Part shown: one piece after another, positions 10,992 through 24,706 of the stretch
Numbering within the stretch: the first letter of the stretch is position 1
Layout: every line of letters begins with the position of its first letter
From: Deltaproteobacteria bacterium HGW-Deltaproteobacteria-12
Lineage (GTDB): Bacteria > Desulfobacterota > Syntrophia > Syntrophales > Smithellaceae
Direction: 5' to 3'
DNA length: 64,000 nucleotides
Assembly (NCBI GenBank): GCA_002840565.1
Contig: PHBK01000014.1
Location: forward strand, 58,503 to 122,502
Position numbers and translations under genes: made by a program
Notes under the pieces: generated by a model
Told to the model about the DNA's origin: nothing
The model's input: only the letters and a program-made list of their open reading frames with translations
Databases searched by the model: none

Positions 10992-12560
10992 ATGAATGCA
11001 GAGGTTGGCAAGGTGGAAAATCAGGAATTAAAAACCTTCCTGGACGATACATTCGACACCATGGAAAAAGTCCTGGATGAGCAGAATCCGGAATTGCGGC
11101 AGTATGAAGTCGGACAAGTGGAATTTGTCGGCCGTGATATTGCCCGGGTAAGCGGCCTGCCGCATATCCGCGCAGAGGAACTGGTTCGCTTTGCAGGAAA
11201 TTATATGGGGCTTGTTTTTAATATCGATCCGAAGGAGATCGGTGTGATTCTTCTGGATCCCAGTGAACACCTGCAGGTTGGTTCGGAAGTGCAGCGCACC
11301 AAACGCGTGCTCGATGTGCCGGTAGGAGAAGGCCTTTTAGGAAGGGTGGTCGATCCTCTCGGACGTCCGCTGGACGGTCTGGGTGAAGTAAATACCGTCA
11401 TGCGTCTGCCGGTGGAAAGACCAGCGCCGGCGGTTATGGACCGCTCGCCGGTTACTGTGCCGCTGCAAACGGGCATCAAGGTGATCGATGCCCTCATTCC
11501 CGTCGGTCGCGGCCAGCGCGAATTGATTTTAGGCGATAGAATGACCGGCAAAACGGCCATTGCCGTGGATACAATTATCAATCAGAAGGAAACAGGTATC
11601 ATCTCTATTTATTGCGCCGTGGGCAAGAAAAGTGCGGACGTAGCCAAGGTGATTGCCGATTTGCGGGATCACGGCGTTATGGGATCATGCATCGTCGTAG
11701 TGGCTACCGGAGAAGATACGCCGGGCCTGCAGTTTATCGCACCTTATGCGGCAACGTCCATGGGCGAGTATTTTGTGGAGCGGGGGAGGGACGTTTTAAT
11801 TATCTATGACGATCTGACATCACACGCACGGGCCTATCGTGAAGTATCGCTGCTTTTGCGTCGGCCTCCGGGGCGCGAAGCTTTCCCCGGTGATATCTTC
11901 TATATCCATTCGCGGCTTTTGGAAAGGTCAACCCACATGCGTCCCGAGTTGGGCGGTGGCTCGTTGACGTCATTGCCGATTACCGAAACGGAAGCGCAGG
12001 ACATGTCGTCTTACATTCCGACCAATCTTATTTCCATCACGGACGGGCAGATTTATCTCTCTCCGGTGCTTTTCAGCAAGGGTATCCTGCCGGCGGTCGA
12101 TGTCGGCAAGTCGGTTTCCCGCGTGGGCGGCAAAACGCAATTGCCGGCCTACCGCTCCGTGGCCGGTGATCTGCGTCTGTCCTATTCTCAATTTGAGGAA
12201 TTGGAATCCTTCTCTCGTTTCGGCACAAGGCTCGATGAATCTACCCGCCGGACGCTGGAGAGAGGCTGGAGAGTTCGCGAAATTCTGAAACAGGGACAGT
12301 ACAAGCCTTTACGTGCATCGGAACAGATTGCCTCTCTGCTTTCAGTGACGGGAGGAGCTCTCGATCTTGTTCCGACAGAGAAAATTCGTGAGGTTGAGGC
12401 TCGCCTTCTGGAAACAGTCAATGAACAGCTGCCGGAATTGTGTTCGCGGATTGAAGAGGGCAAAAAAATAGATATAGCGGACCGTGACAGCATTATGAAT
12501 AAAATCAAACCTACCATTCAACCATTTGAAGTGATTGAGGAAGCTAATGCAAACAACTGA
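10992..12560 (+). CDS. atpA: N-type ATPase alpha subunit
   Basis: [54 protein letters not shown]. Confidence 0.97.
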   Translation: MNAEVGKVENQELKTFLDDTFDTMEKVLDEQNPELRQYEVGQVEFVGRDIARVSGLPHIRAEELVRFAGNYMGLVFNIDPKEIGVILLDPSEHLQVGSEVQRTKRVLDVPVGEGLLGRVVDPLGRPLDGLGEVNTVMRLPVERPAPAVMDRSPVTVPLQTGIKVIDALIPVGRGQRELILGDRMTGKTAIAVDTIINQKETGIISIYCAVGKKSADVAKVIADLRDHGVMGSCIVVVATGEDTPGLQFIAPYAATSMGEYFVERGRDVLIIYDDLTSHARAYREVSLLLRRPPGREAFPGDIFYIHSRLLERSTHMRPELGGGSLTSLPITETEAQDMSSYIPTNLISITDGQIYLSPVLFSKGILPAVDVGKSVSRVGGKTQLPAYRSVAGDLRLSYSQFEELESFSRFGTRLDESTRRTLERGWRVREILKQGQYKPLRASEQIASLLSVTGGALDLVPTEKIREVEARLLETVNEQLPELCSRIEEGKKIDIADRDSIMNKIKPTIQPFEVIEEANANN

Positions 12561-13437
12561 GTCCCTGAAAAGAAGAATGAAAAGCGCAGGTGATCTTTTA
12601 TCCGTCGTCAAGACGATGAAAGCCCTTGCCGCTGTAAGCATTCGTCAATATCAGCGGGCGGTGGATTCACTGCGTGACTACAACCGGACAGTCGAAATGG
12701 GCTTGCAGATTGTGCTCAAAGAACGGATGGGCGCCACAATGCACCGGAAGGATACGAAGATGAAACGCCTGGGGGTAATCATTTTCGGGTCCGATCAGGG
12801 GCTGTGTGGACAACTCAATGACCAGATATCAGTTTTTACGCTGGACTATATTAAAAACAGCGGTGTTAAAAAAGAAAACCGCAAAGTTCTGTCCATTGGT
12901 GCGCGCGTGGCGGACTACATGGAAGACGCCGGGCAGTCTGTGGACGAGTTGATGGGTACGCCCAGTTCCACAGCCGGTATCACGCCGCTGGTGCAGGAAA
13001 TTATCATGGTTATTGACGAGTGGCATTTTCGCAACAATATTGATCATTTTCTGTTGTTTTATAATGAATATGTGACCGGAGCGACATATCATCCCCATAT
13101 GCTTCAGTTATTGCCCGTCAATATGGACTGGCTTACTCAACTCGCCAGGAAAAAATGGGATTCCAAGTCGCTGCCGATTTTCCGCATGGACGGCGACCGG
13201 ATATTTTCTTCACTCATTCGGGAATATCTGTTCGTTTCTCTATACAGGGCTTTTGCTGAATCCCTGGCCAGTGAAAATGCCAGCCGCCTGGCTTCCATGC
13301 AGAACGCGGAAAAAAATATTGAAGAGCAACTGGTTGAGCTTCATGTTCAGTTTCACCGCACGCGCCAGATGACGATCACAGAAGAGCTGCTCGATATTGT
13401 GGCTGGTTTTGAGGCTTTGCAGGAGCAGACAGGATAG
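12547..13437 (+). CDS. atpG: N-type ATPase gamma subunit
   Basis: [54 protein letters not shown]. Confidence 0.96.
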   Translation: MQTTESLKRRMKSAGDLLSVVKTMKALAAVSIRQYQRAVDSLRDYNRTVEMGLQIVLKERMGATMHRKDTKMKRLGVIIFGSDQGLCGQLNDQISVFTLDYIKNSGVKKENRKVLSIGARVADYMEDAGQSVDELMGTPSSTAGITPLVQEIIMVIDEWHFRNNIDHFLLFYNEYVTGATYHPHMLQLLPVNMDWLTQLARKKWDSKSLPIFRMDGDRIFSSLIREYLFVSLYRAFAESLASENASRLASMQNAEKNIEEQLVELHVQFHRTRQMTITEELLDIVAGFEALQEQTG

Positions 13438-13465
13438 TATCTTAATTTCGCCAAGGAGGTTGGTT

Positions 13466-14284
13466 ATGACAACGGCATCGGACAAAAGAATCTGTGTTAT
13501 TTGTGCCTGGCGCGAGAACTGCACGAAACGTTACCGGGTCAAATCAAATGCCTTGTTTGATGTCAACTGCGCGGATTATACAAGAGATATCAAACTGCGC
13601 GATAAGGATCTCGATAAAATTGTCGAGAGCGAGATCGGAAGATGGAAAAAGGAGAAAAAAGAGCAACCGGGCTATGTCATTACTCTTTCCAGTGAAGCCG
13701 GCGCCGGCGGCGGTTCGATCAGCAGAATTCTGGCAACTGATCTTAATATCAATATGTACGGGAGTGAATTGATTCATCTGGTGGCGGAAAGCGCCCACAT
13801 GAGCGAAAAGGTGATCAAATCCCTGGATGAGAAAAATATCTCTTTTCTGGAAAGCATGATCAGCTCTTTCTTTGAATCCCGCCACATCTGGCCCAATGAG
13901 TATATGCGGCATTTATCAATGGTCATCCATACCCTGGCGACTCACGGTAATATAGTACTGATCGGCCGGGGTGCCAACTTTATCCTGGGCGATGAGGCGT
14001 TTCGGGTCAGGACCATTGCGCCGCAGGATATGCGGATAGAGAATGTCATGCGTGACCGCCGGATTCCGGCGGACGAGGCTAAAAAATATATCGTGGAATA
14101 CGATGCTAATCAGGTTGCGTTCATCCGGAAATACTTTAATGAAGATATTAACAACCCGGCACATTACGACATGCTGATCAACATGAAGAATTTAAGCATC
14201 GAGTCCGCCGCCGATTCGATCAAAAAGGCTTTTCTGGAATGGAAGCTGATCAGGGACGCACAAAAGAAGACGGCAATAAAATGA
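13466..14284 (+). CDS. Cytidylate kinase-like family protein with N-terminal Cys-rich module
   Basis: ATG 13466 after AAGGAGG. N-terminal CVICAWRENC...C, then VITLSSEAGAGG, VLIGRGANFIL and YF..DI.NP.HYD.LIN (Cytidylate_kin2-like). Confidence 0.8.
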   Translation: MTTASDKRICVICAWRENCTKRYRVKSNALFDVNCADYTRDIKLRDKDLDKIVESEIGRWKKEKKEQPGYVITLSSEAGAGGGSISRILATDLNINMYGSELIHLVAESAHMSEKVIKSLDEKNISFLESMISSFFESRHIWPNEYMRHLSMVIHTLATHGNIVLIGRGANFILGDEAFRVRTIAPQDMRIENVMRDRRIPADEAKKYIVEYDANQVAFIRKYFNEDINNPAHYDMLINMKNLSIESAADSIKKAFLEWKLIRDAQKKTAIK

Positions 14285-14303
14285 ATGATCGTGGCGGTAA
14301 AGC

Positions 14304-14498
14304 ATGACAAAGTTCGAAAAATCGCTGTTGCTTGTTTTGACGGAAGAAATCATCCTGCAATTGCGCTCCCGCATTGCGGAGATTGAAGAACTGCACCCGA
14401 GAGAGTCGGCTCTCGGCATTGCCACGTTCCAGGAACGTCTCTGGAGAATAGAAGAATTGTTAAATGCGGTGAAAAAGGACAGTGATCTTTCTCTCTAG
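14304..14498 (+). CDS. Small hypothetical protein
   Basis: 64-aa helical ORF directly after the previous gene, normal composition. Confidence 0.55.
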   Translation: MTKFEKSLLLVLTEEIILQLRSRIAEIEELHPRESALGIATFQERLWRIEELLNAVKKDSDLSL

Positions 14499-14617
14499 TC
14501 AGCCGTTTTACCGGACATTCCGATACTACAGATACAGATTATGAGCCACCTCCTGGGTTGTGCATCAGCAATCAAAATTCCAGGAGGATGGCAGTCAATA
14601 TATGTTGGAGCAAAAGA

Positions 14618-14914
14618 TCATTTTGCCCTGGCTATTTCTTTCATTATCTTGATTTCCGGATCTCCGCCGAGCAATACGCTGATCTTGGTGAAAAATTCCT
14701 GGAAATGCGGTGTGGAAGAATGGAAATTCAGGGCATCTTTGTCGGTGTATTGTTCGACCACAACCAGCGTATTGGGATTGGCTTTTTCAACGTTGAGCGA
14801 ATACAGAACTGTTCCCTGCTCTTTAGCCACTTCCATTACCAGCTGCTGAGCTTCTTTCAAAGCTTCATCCATCTTTCCTTCTTTTATAGGCATCTTGGCA
14901 ATAACTGTCAGCAT
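14618..14914 (-). CDS. ABM-domain protein (putative quinol monooxygenase family)
   Basis: VIAK...EQGTVLYSL...VVEQYTDKDALNFHSSTPHF pattern. Confidence 0.85.
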   Translation of the reverse strand: MLTVIAKMPIKEGKMDEALKEAQQLVMEVAKEQGTVLYSLNVEKANPNTLVVVEQYTDKDALNFHSSTPHFQEFFTKISVLLGGDPEIKIMKEIARAK

Positions 14915-15087
14915 TTCTTTTTCTCCTCTATAGTTTTAATCTCTGTGCCGATGCATATAACACAGAGGACATATCTTGATCAAACAATAAAAAATTATCT
15001 TATTGACAGAATAAAAGATCAAACCTAAACTGCCTGCCTTAGACGCAGTAAGGGAAAATACAACAAATTCCGGGAAAGGGTTTTTCG

Positions 15088-16266
15088 ATGCAGGACAAAG
15101 AGCTTGGTTATCGCCTCGACCTTATGAAGAAAGAAATGCGTCAAAAAGGTCTGGATGCTTACATTGTTTCTACCGAAGAAAATATCTGGTATTTAACAAA
15201 TCTGGTCTATAAGCCTGAGGAAAGGCCATTCTTCGTTGTGGTTCCCGTCGAGGGCAAACCCACGCTCGTCGTTCCTACCCTGGAAGAGCGGCATCTGGGG
15301 ACTCCCCCGATCGACAGCTTCGTCGTTGCCTACAGGGAATTCCCCGCTCCGGAGGGCTGCGGCTGGGCGGACGTTTTGAGAAAAGCCATCGGGAGAGCAG
15401 GGAACGTAGGCATAGAAGGAAAGATGAAGGCTTCCCTCCTGCTGGAAATTCGCGACTTCTCTCCCGTTGTTATTGACATTGTGGAAGGATTGCGGCTGGT
15501 GAAAAGCGCCTCTGAGCTGGAGATGATTCGGAAGGCGGCCGGGATCGCTTCATCCGCGATGGGGCGGCTGCTTAAAAGCTTATATCATGGTGCATCGGTT
15601 GTAGAGTCGTTTATGGTATCCAAAGCGACGCAAACGGATCTGATCAAGTCGGGCGAGTTCAATCCTCTTTTGACCTACCTGCTCACGGCGGCCTGGCCAT
15701 CCCCTGCGAGTTCCATGCCGCACAGTGTTCCGGGTTTGGGGGAGCGGTATGGCGCCGGTCCGAACGTGGCCATGTGCTATTTCCGGATAAATGGCTATGC
15801 CGCCGAATGCGAAAGAACATTTTTCCTGGACACTCCCAGCGCCGAGGACAGGGAGCGTTTCGGGGATGTTATGGAAGCCCGGCGGAGAGCCTTCGGCATT
15901 CTGAAGCCCGGCGTGCTCTGCGCGGAAATCGACGCTGCGGCGAACGGCTTCCTGCGCACCAGGGGATATGAGGGGAATATCCTCCACCGGACCGGGCATG
16001 GTATCGGGCTCGGGAATCACGAAGAACCATGGCTGGCGGAGGGTGACGACAGGCCGCTGCAGGTAAATATGGTTGTCAGCATAGAGCCCGGCATCTACTT
16101 CGATGCAAGAGGCGGCTACCGGCATTCGGATACGGTGCTGATAACAAAGAACGGATACGAGACGCTGACGCACTTTCCCGTTTCCCTGGAAGAATTGACC
16201 CTGACCGGACGGCTGATCTCCAAAGCAAAGGGGAAGATCATTCAGCGCGCGCTGGGGTTGAGTTAA
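15088..16266 (+). CDS. Xaa-Pro peptidase / creatinase family (M24) protein
   Basis: Creatinase N-domain, RLVKSASELE, HRTGHGIGL, SIEPGIY, YRHSDTVLIT. Confidence 0.88.
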   Translation: MQDKELGYRLDLMKKEMRQKGLDAYIVSTEENIWYLTNLVYKPEERPFFVVVPVEGKPTLVVPTLEERHLGTPPIDSFVVAYREFPAPEGCGWADVLRKAIGRAGNVGIEGKMKASLLLEIRDFSPVVIDIVEGLRLVKSASELEMIRKAAGIASSAMGRLLKSLYHGASVVESFMVSKATQTDLIKSGEFNPLLTYLLTAAWPSPASSMPHSVPGLGERYGAGPNVAMCYFRINGYAAECERTFFLDTPSAEDRERFGDVMEARRRAFGILKPGVLCAEIDAAANGFLRTRGYEGNILHRTGHGIGLGNHEEPWLAEGDDRPLQVNMVVSIEPGIYFDARGGYRHSDTVLITKNGYETLTHFPVSLEELTLTGRLISKAKGKIIQRALGLS

Positions 16267-16323
16267 AAGGGAAGAAGGCGATTGTGTACAGGAGTTCGAA
16301 TAAAGATCGGTAGAGAGGTAAAC

Positions 16324-17850
16324 ATGGGTGTTCACAGCTATACGTTTTATGATGTCATTTGCCGTAATGCCAAAATTCATTCCGATAAGACAGCCATAAT
16401 TTTTAGCAGCAGAAGCCTGAGTTACCTGGCATACAAAGAAAAATGTGATCAGCTTGCCGCCGGACTGCTCCGGGACGGTATTCTCAAAGGAGATCGCCTT
16501 GCCGTTATTGATCAGAACAGCGATAATTTTCTGCTTCTTTATGGCGCGGCGGCCAAGATCGGCGCCATCATCGTGGCGGTGAATTGGCGGGTACAGCAGG
16601 AGGAGGCGGACCACATCTTTCGCGACAGTCAACCCAAATTAGTGCTTGTCGGCAGTGATTATCAGAAATTGGTTACGGCCGCAGCCGGCAATCTATCTTC
16701 CATGAAGAACTGCTATGTTTTGGGTCGGAATATCCAGAAAGGATTTTTGCCTTTCGATGAACTGTTCATTTCCCCTGCTGCCGATCAATCCATAGACATT
16801 GATGCCCATGATGGTTTCGTCATGATGTACACCGCAGCGGTGGATGGGCAGCCGCGCGGGGCATTGCTCAGCCAGGCGAACATCCTGGCCGTTAATTTGG
16901 AGATGATTGATCAGTACAAGCTGGGGAGTGATGATTGCAATATTTGCTTTCTACCTCTGTTCCATATCGGCGGCCTCGTCATGTGTTCGGCCGTTATGCA
17001 GAGCGGCGGCCGCAACGTGATCACCGAGCGCTTCGATGCCGACGAAGCCTTACAATTGATCGGCAAAGAAAAAGTGACGGTTTTTTTCACCTTTGCACCG
17101 ATCCTGAAAATGATCGCCGATAAATATGAAGAAAACGGCGGCGATTTATCCAGCGTCACCAAAGTTGCCGGGATAGAGTCCCCCCAGAATATTGCGCGTT
17201 TTTGCGGTATGGCTAAAAACGCAAAGTTCTACGCGGCATACGGACAGACGGAGGCGATGGCCATTGCCGGAGGGCTGATGGACGAAAGGCCGGGCAGTGT
17301 GGGAAGGCCTTCGAATTTAGCCAGAATAGCCCTCTTCAACGATTACGATGAGGAAGTTCCCGTCGGCACTGCCGGAGAGATCTGCGTGCGTTCCCCTGCC
17401 GTCTTTTGCGGATACTGGCAGCTGGAGGAAGTGACCGCTTATACGTTCCGCAACGGTTGGCATCACACGGGAGATATCGGCCGGTTTGATGAAGATGGCT
17501 TCCTCTGGTATGTGAAGAGAGGGGCGCAAAAAGATCTGATTAAACCGGGAGGCGAAAACGTTTACCCGGCCGAGGTGGAGAAAGCGATTCTTGCCCACGA
17601 TTCCGTTGCCGGGGTCAGCGTTATCGGCGTGAGTGACGCGGAGTGGGGAGAAGCGGTCAAAGCCGTTATTGTTCTCAAGCCCGGCGTTAAAGCATTTACC
17701 CTCAAAGAGTTGACAGAGTTTATGGCTGACCGGATTGCCCGGTACAAGAAACCGAAATATCTGGTTTTTGCTGATTCTCTGCCGAGAACACCGGATGGCG
17801 AGATCGACCGGGAAAAAGTGAAAGCATCTTATGGGCAACCGGCGAGTTGA
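16324..17850 (+). CDS. AMP-binding acyl-CoA synthetase (long-chain fatty acid CoA ligase family)
   Basis: Variant P-loop YTAAVDGQPRG, YGQTE, GEICVR, WHHTGD, IKPGGENVYPAEVE. Confidence 0.9.
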   Translation: MGVHSYTFYDVICRNAKIHSDKTAIIFSSRSLSYLAYKEKCDQLAAGLLRDGILKGDRLAVIDQNSDNFLLLYGAAAKIGAIIVAVNWRVQQEEADHIFRDSQPKLVLVGSDYQKLVTAAAGNLSSMKNCYVLGRNIQKGFLPFDELFISPAADQSIDIDAHDGFVMMYTAAVDGQPRGALLSQANILAVNLEMIDQYKLGSDDCNICFLPLFHIGGLVMCSAVMQSGGRNVITERFDADEALQLIGKEKVTVFFTFAPILKMIADKYEENGGDLSSVTKVAGIESPQNIARFCGMAKNAKFYAAYGQTEAMAIAGGLMDERPGSVGRPSNLARIALFNDYDEEVPVGTAGEICVRSPAVFCGYWQLEEVTAYTFRNGWHHTGDIGRFDEDGFLWYVKRGAQKDLIKPGGENVYPAEVEKAILAHDSVAGVSVIGVSDAEWGEAVKAVIVLKPGVKAFTLKELTEFMADRIARYKKPKYLVFADSLPRTPDGEIDREKVKASYGQPAS

Positions 17851-17998
17851 AATGTTTTGACCTGAACTGATCCGTAAACCAGCCCGGCCATCGTAAAAAG
17901 ATGAAAATATTGTCGAAGACAGCCGTTTTTAAAAGGTAAATTACTGCAACAATAAAAAGCGGCTACAGTCATAAGACTGCAGCCTCTTGATATTTCTT

Positions 17999-18041
17999 GT
18001 GGGCCGTGCGGGACTTGAACCCGCGGCCAACGGATAAAAGT
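17999..18041 (-). repeat. att site: duplicated 3' part of tRNA-Lys
   Basis: 17999-18035 is identical over 37 bp to 19575-19611 (GTGGGCCGTGCGGGACTTGAACCCGCGGCCAACGGAT), then AAAAGT versus TAAAAGT. Confidence 0.92.
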
Positions 18042-18184
18042 ATTGTCTCCTGGGCTTTTTAACTTCCTCAAAAGACGTAAGTATTTTAAATGTTAAGGAA
18101 TCGTGATTCCAAATATCATCAGGTTTTAGCAAATTTTGGCAAAAAAAGTTTTAAATCCAAAGGTTTGAACATACTATATAATTA

Positions 18185-18979
18185 TCAATTCTCGAACTTG
18201 CCGTGTCTGCCTCGACCCGATGTAAACATAGAGGCACCTTGAATAGTCTCGCCGCTGGTCATGACGATGTCATAACCCTTTGAGAATTCCTGTTCCATGG
18301 CCTCTGCAAAGTTCATATTAAACCCTTCATAGACCGACTGCCGATCACTACGCATACATTGCTGCGGGAAAGCAGCAATTTGTTCTGCCAATTTTTCAGC
18401 TTCTTCCCTGGCGGTGCCATTTTCCACTACCCGGTTGGCAAGTCCTATCTGCAATGCTTCATCTGAATTTACTGGACGGCCAGTTAGAATTAAATCCAGG
18501 GCACGGCTCATGCCTATCAAGCGAGGCAGACGCTGAGTTCCCCCGTCAATCAGGGGGACACCGAATCTGCGGCAGAACACGCCAAAAATTGCATCCTTCT
18601 CTATCACCCGCATGTCGCACCATAAGGCGAGTTCCATGCCGCCAGCCACAGCGTATCCGGAAACAGCTGCAATAACCGGTTTGGAAAGATGCATTCTGGA
18701 GGGACCCATTGGTCCATCTTTTGTCATATCTTTATCCATTCTATTTCCATGTCCATTCGGACCGGTAACATCAACAACAGCTTTTAAATCAGCCCCCGCA
18801 CAGAATGATCCTCCTGCGCCGCATAAGACGGCTACTGAATAATTGGAATCGCTGTCGAAAGCGCGAAAGGCATCGGCCAGCTGATCGGCGGTTTTTCGGT
18901 TCACACAATTTTTTATTTCCGGTCTATTGATGATTACGGTATATACGACACCCTTTTTCTCCACTAATACTTCGTTCAT
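18185..18979 (-). CDS. Crotonase / enoyl-CoA hydratase family protein
   Basis: FCAGADLK, KPVIAAVSGYAVAGGMELALWCDMRV, FCRRFGVPLIDGGT. Confidence 0.93.
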   Translation of the reverse strand: MNEVLVEKKGVVYTVIINRPEIKNCVNRKTADQLADAFRAFDSDSNYSVAVLCGAGGSFCAGADLKAVVDVTGPNGHGNRMDKDMTKDGPMGPSRMHLSKPVIAAVSGYAVAGGMELALWCDMRVIEKDAIFGVFCRRFGVPLIDGGTQRLPRLIGMSRALDLILTGRPVNSDEALQIGLANRVVENGTAREEAEKLAEQIAAFPQQCMRSDRQSVYEGFNMNFAEAMEQEFSKGYDIVMTSGETIQGASMFTSGRGRHGKFEN

Positions 18980-19320
18980 TTTAGCACACTCCTTTTGAGA
19001 AAATAATTCAAAAACAATGAGTAATGATTGTCTCGTAGCGTAGATATTCAGGAATCTACTTTAGCAAGCAAAAATGTTAGTTATTCCTCTGTAACCCATC
19101 ACCTTATTGATGCCGATATTTGTAACATACATTAAGTTAATGTTCAGCCATTTTCCCTTTGCAATTCAAGAATGCTTCTAGCACAGTTTGCGCCAGATAA
19201 ATTCAAACCATTGATCAAATATTCCAAAAGCATTCATCAAAATATTTATTCAACGGGCTCGTTTCTTTATAGACAGATGATGCAAGATTTGCCGGCAACT
19301 GAGAATGAAAATATCAACAT

Positions 19321-19490
19321 AGTGCGATCAGAGATATGATAAGCGCAGGTGCGCCGGAAAGAATGGCCATGACAATTTCCGGACATAAGACAAGAGTGCT
19401 TTCGACCGTTATAATATTGTATCGCAAGAGGACTTGAAGGATGCCGCAAGAAAACGAAAAAGTTTTAAAGAGATACAAGCAAAACAACTA
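19321..19490 (+). pseudogene. Tyrosine recombinase/integrase C-terminal remnant
   Basis: Translates SAIRDMISAGAPERMAMTISGHKTR, then after a 1-nt frameshift AFDRYNIVSQEDLKDAARKR. This matches the RNMVRAGVPERVAMxISGHKTRSVFDRYNIV tail (catalytic His/Tyr). No upstream coding part remains. Confidence 0.8.
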
Positions 19491-19572
19491 AAGGACAGTT
19501 ACAATTTAGTTACGATTGGCCCATTAAACGACAAAAGGTTACAATCCTAAGACTGTAACCCCTTGATATTAC

Positions 19573-19647
19573 TGGTGGGCCGTGCGGGACTTGAACCCGC
19601 GGCCAACGGATTAAAAGTCCGCTGCTCTACCACTGAGCTAACAGCCC
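19573..19647 (-). tRNA. tRNA-Lys (UUU)
   Basis: Reverse complement GGGCTGTTAGCTCAGTGGTAGAGCAGCGGACTTTTAATCCGTTGGCCGCGGGTTCAAGTCCCGCACGGCCCACCA folds as a cloverleaf with anticodon TTT and encoded CCA. Confidence 0.97.
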
Positions 19648-19725
19648 ACTGATGGTATTATTTTTGGAGGTGCCTCCTTAACAGCTAGTTTCTATCGTGT
19701 CAAGAAGAAACTAATAAAATAAGGA

Positions 19726-22619
<2,894 letters not shown>

Positions 22620-22630
22620 AAATTCTCTCC

Positions 22631-23770
22631 TCAAGACAGATTCTTAATCTTTTCGTTGTATATCTTTTCCAGCTCCGCCAGGGCGGTTTGAATATCATTT
22701 TCATCAATTGTCGGGCCGCACCAGAAGCGGTATCCGGCCGGTGCATCCTTGTAGGAATTGATGTCATGGGCGATATTTTTCTTGCTTAATTCCGAGGCAA
22801 TGCTTTTGAGAAATTTTCCTTTATCCTCGTCAGAAAGCTTATCCACTTTGGGGCTCCCCACCATCAGGCAAACTGAAGTGTTGGAACGGGTCTCGGCATC
22901 CTGAGCCAGAAAATCAACCCAGTCCGTTTTGGCAACCCAGTTCTCTACGACCTGCAAATTGGCCCTGCTTTTTTTGACCAGACCGGCAAGTCCGATTTCA
23001 CCCGCCCATTTCAGGGCGTCCAGATAATCTTCCACGCAAATCATGGAAGTAGTATTGATGACTTCGCCGTCAAAAATGGCCCGATTGATTTTACCGCCTT
23101 TTTTGAGACGGAATATTTTGGGCATTGGCCAGGCTGGATCGTAAGATTCCAGACGGGCGACCGCCCTGGGGCTCAAAACAAGCATGCCGTGAGCAGCTTC
23201 ACCGCCCAGGCATTTCTGCCAGGAAAAAGTAGTCACATCCAGCTTGGACCAGTCCATTTCCATGGCGAAAGCAGCGCTGGTGGCATCACATAAAGATAAT
23301 CCTTCGCGATTATCGGGAATCCAGTTCCAATCGGGAACTTTTACACCGCTGGTTGTACCGTTGGCCACAAAAACGACGTCATTGGTCCAATCAACGGATT
23401 TCAGATCGGGCAATTTCCCGTAATCGGCTTTTAAAATTTTAGGATTGAGCTTCAGCTGCTTGGCAACATCCGTAGCCCAGCCTTCGGAAAAACTCTCCCA
23501 TACCAAAACTGTCACCGGTTTTGGCCCTAAAAGACTCCACATGGCGGCTTCAAAAGCGCCGGTATCGGAAGCGGGCATAATTCCCACAAGATAATCTGCC
23601 GGTATGTTTAGGATTCTCTTGGTTTCATTAATTGCTTTGGCTATTCTTTCTTTGCCGACCGCGGAACGGTGCGAGCGGCCGACCGGCGTGTTTTTGAGGA
23701 CATCCAGGTTCCAGCCTGGTCTTTTACTGCAAGGGCCTGAACTAAAATTGGGGTTTTGCATAATACGCAT
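22631..23770 (-). CDS. serC: Phosphoserine aminotransferase (Methanosarcina type)
   Basis: [36 protein letters not shown]; directly upstream of serA. Confidence 0.93.
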   Translation of the reverse strand: MRIMQNPNFSSGPCSKRPGWNLDVLKNTPVGRSHRSAVGKERIAKAINETKRILNIPADYLVGIMPASDTGAFEAAMWSLLGPKPVTVLVWESFSEGWATDVAKQLKLNPKILKADYGKLPDLKSVDWTNDVVFVANGTTSGVKVPDWNWIPDNREGLSLCDATSAAFAMEMDWSKLDVTTFSWQKCLGGEAAHGMLVLSPRAVARLESYDPAWPMPKIFRLKKGGKINRAIFDGEVINTTSMICVEDYLDALKWAGEIGLAGLVKKSRANLQVVENWVAKTDWVDFLAQDAETRSNTSVCLMVGSPKVDKLSDEDKGKFLKSIASELSKKNIAHDINSYKDAPAGYRFWCGPTIDENDIQTALAELEKIYNEKIKNLS

Positions 23771-24300
23771 CCTTAATGAAATTTGAAAAACAAGCCGTTT
23801 TTTATACCAGCAATGAAAATTATACTCAAGATATTTAAGTGAATCTGCCGCTGATTGATCGAAGGTCGGAACAAGGGGAGCCGTAGACGGCCTAAGGGTT
23901 CGTAATAAAAGTGTATTTTCTTTAGTTGGCGCTTATTGGTGTTTCTTCAGAATGACTCTGGCTCCGGAAGAATGGCGGTAAATTTATTTCTCTAGCTGTC
24001 CGGCTCGATATTATGCTTCTGCAGGCGGATTTTGTCGCCCGGAAAAGCGCCCCCGGAATAAGGCGATTTGGGAATAACGGCAATAACACCGACAAATTCG
24101 CCGGCCTAGTGTCCCGTTACTCCTATTGCTTCCAGAGCTTTAAGGTCATCGAGAGCAGGGAGTCTGTAAAATTGCTGAATTGTTAATGGACATGTGATAG
24201 AAATATGCAGAGCGGGGAACTGCTTTCTTTATTACTTCTGTAAAGATAGAACAGGCGCATAAACTTAAGTGTTATCACTTTCAGCAAAGGAGACTGAAAA

Positions 24301-24648
24301 ATGACATCCAAAAAGGAACATAATGAATCAGCAATAATTAAGGCGGCAAAATTCAATTTGCTCGATGCCGTCAGTTATCAGGACAATGCGATTGTCAGCA
24401 GGGAAATAGCCAATAAAAACTCCGGAACAGTGACGGTTTTTGCCTTTGCCAAAGGGCAGGGTTTGAGCGAGCATACGGCTCCTTTTGATGCTCTTGTATA
24501 TGTTTTTGATGGAGAAGTGGAGATACACATAGCCGGAAAGCCGCACTTTTTGAAGGACGGAGAGATGATCATCATGCCGGCCAATAAACCTCATGCCGTC
24601 AAAGCGCTGGAAAAATTTAAAATGCTTTTGATTATGCTTCGATCGTAA
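24301..24648 (+). CDS. Cupin domain protein
   Basis: FAFAKGQGLSEHTAPFDA...MPANKPHAV. Confidence 0.9.
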   Translation: MTSKKEHNESAIIKAAKFNLLDAVSYQDNAIVSREIANKNSGTVTVFAFAKGQGLSEHTAPFDALVYVFDGEVEIHIAGKPHFLKDGEMIIMPANKPHAVKALEKFKMLLIMLRS

Positions 24649-24666
24649 ATAAAATGATGTGATGAA

Positions 24667-24699
24667 GGGCAGTGCTCAATTAGGCAATGGGCACTGCCC
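24667..24699. terminator. Hairpin between convergent genes (probable bidirectional terminator)
   Basis: GGGCAGTGCTCA...TGGGCACTGCCC inverted repeat. Confidence 0.55.
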
Positions 24700-24706
24700 G
24701 TAATTC

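Larger units (their letters stand above)
17999..19618. mobile_element. Decayed tRNA-Lys-integrated element (mini genomic island)
   Basis: Bounded by the tRNA 3'-end direct repeat, AT-rich, contains a tyrosine-integrase C-terminal remnant next to the tRNA. Confidence 0.8.

Noticed and set aside
15580-16632. 350-aa minus-strand ORF
   Set aside because: Antisense to two well-supported genes (M24 peptidase and CoA ligase).
17999-18041. Second tRNA-Lys gene
   Set aside because: Only the 3' half is present, with a deletion in the anticodon arm; it is an att duplication.
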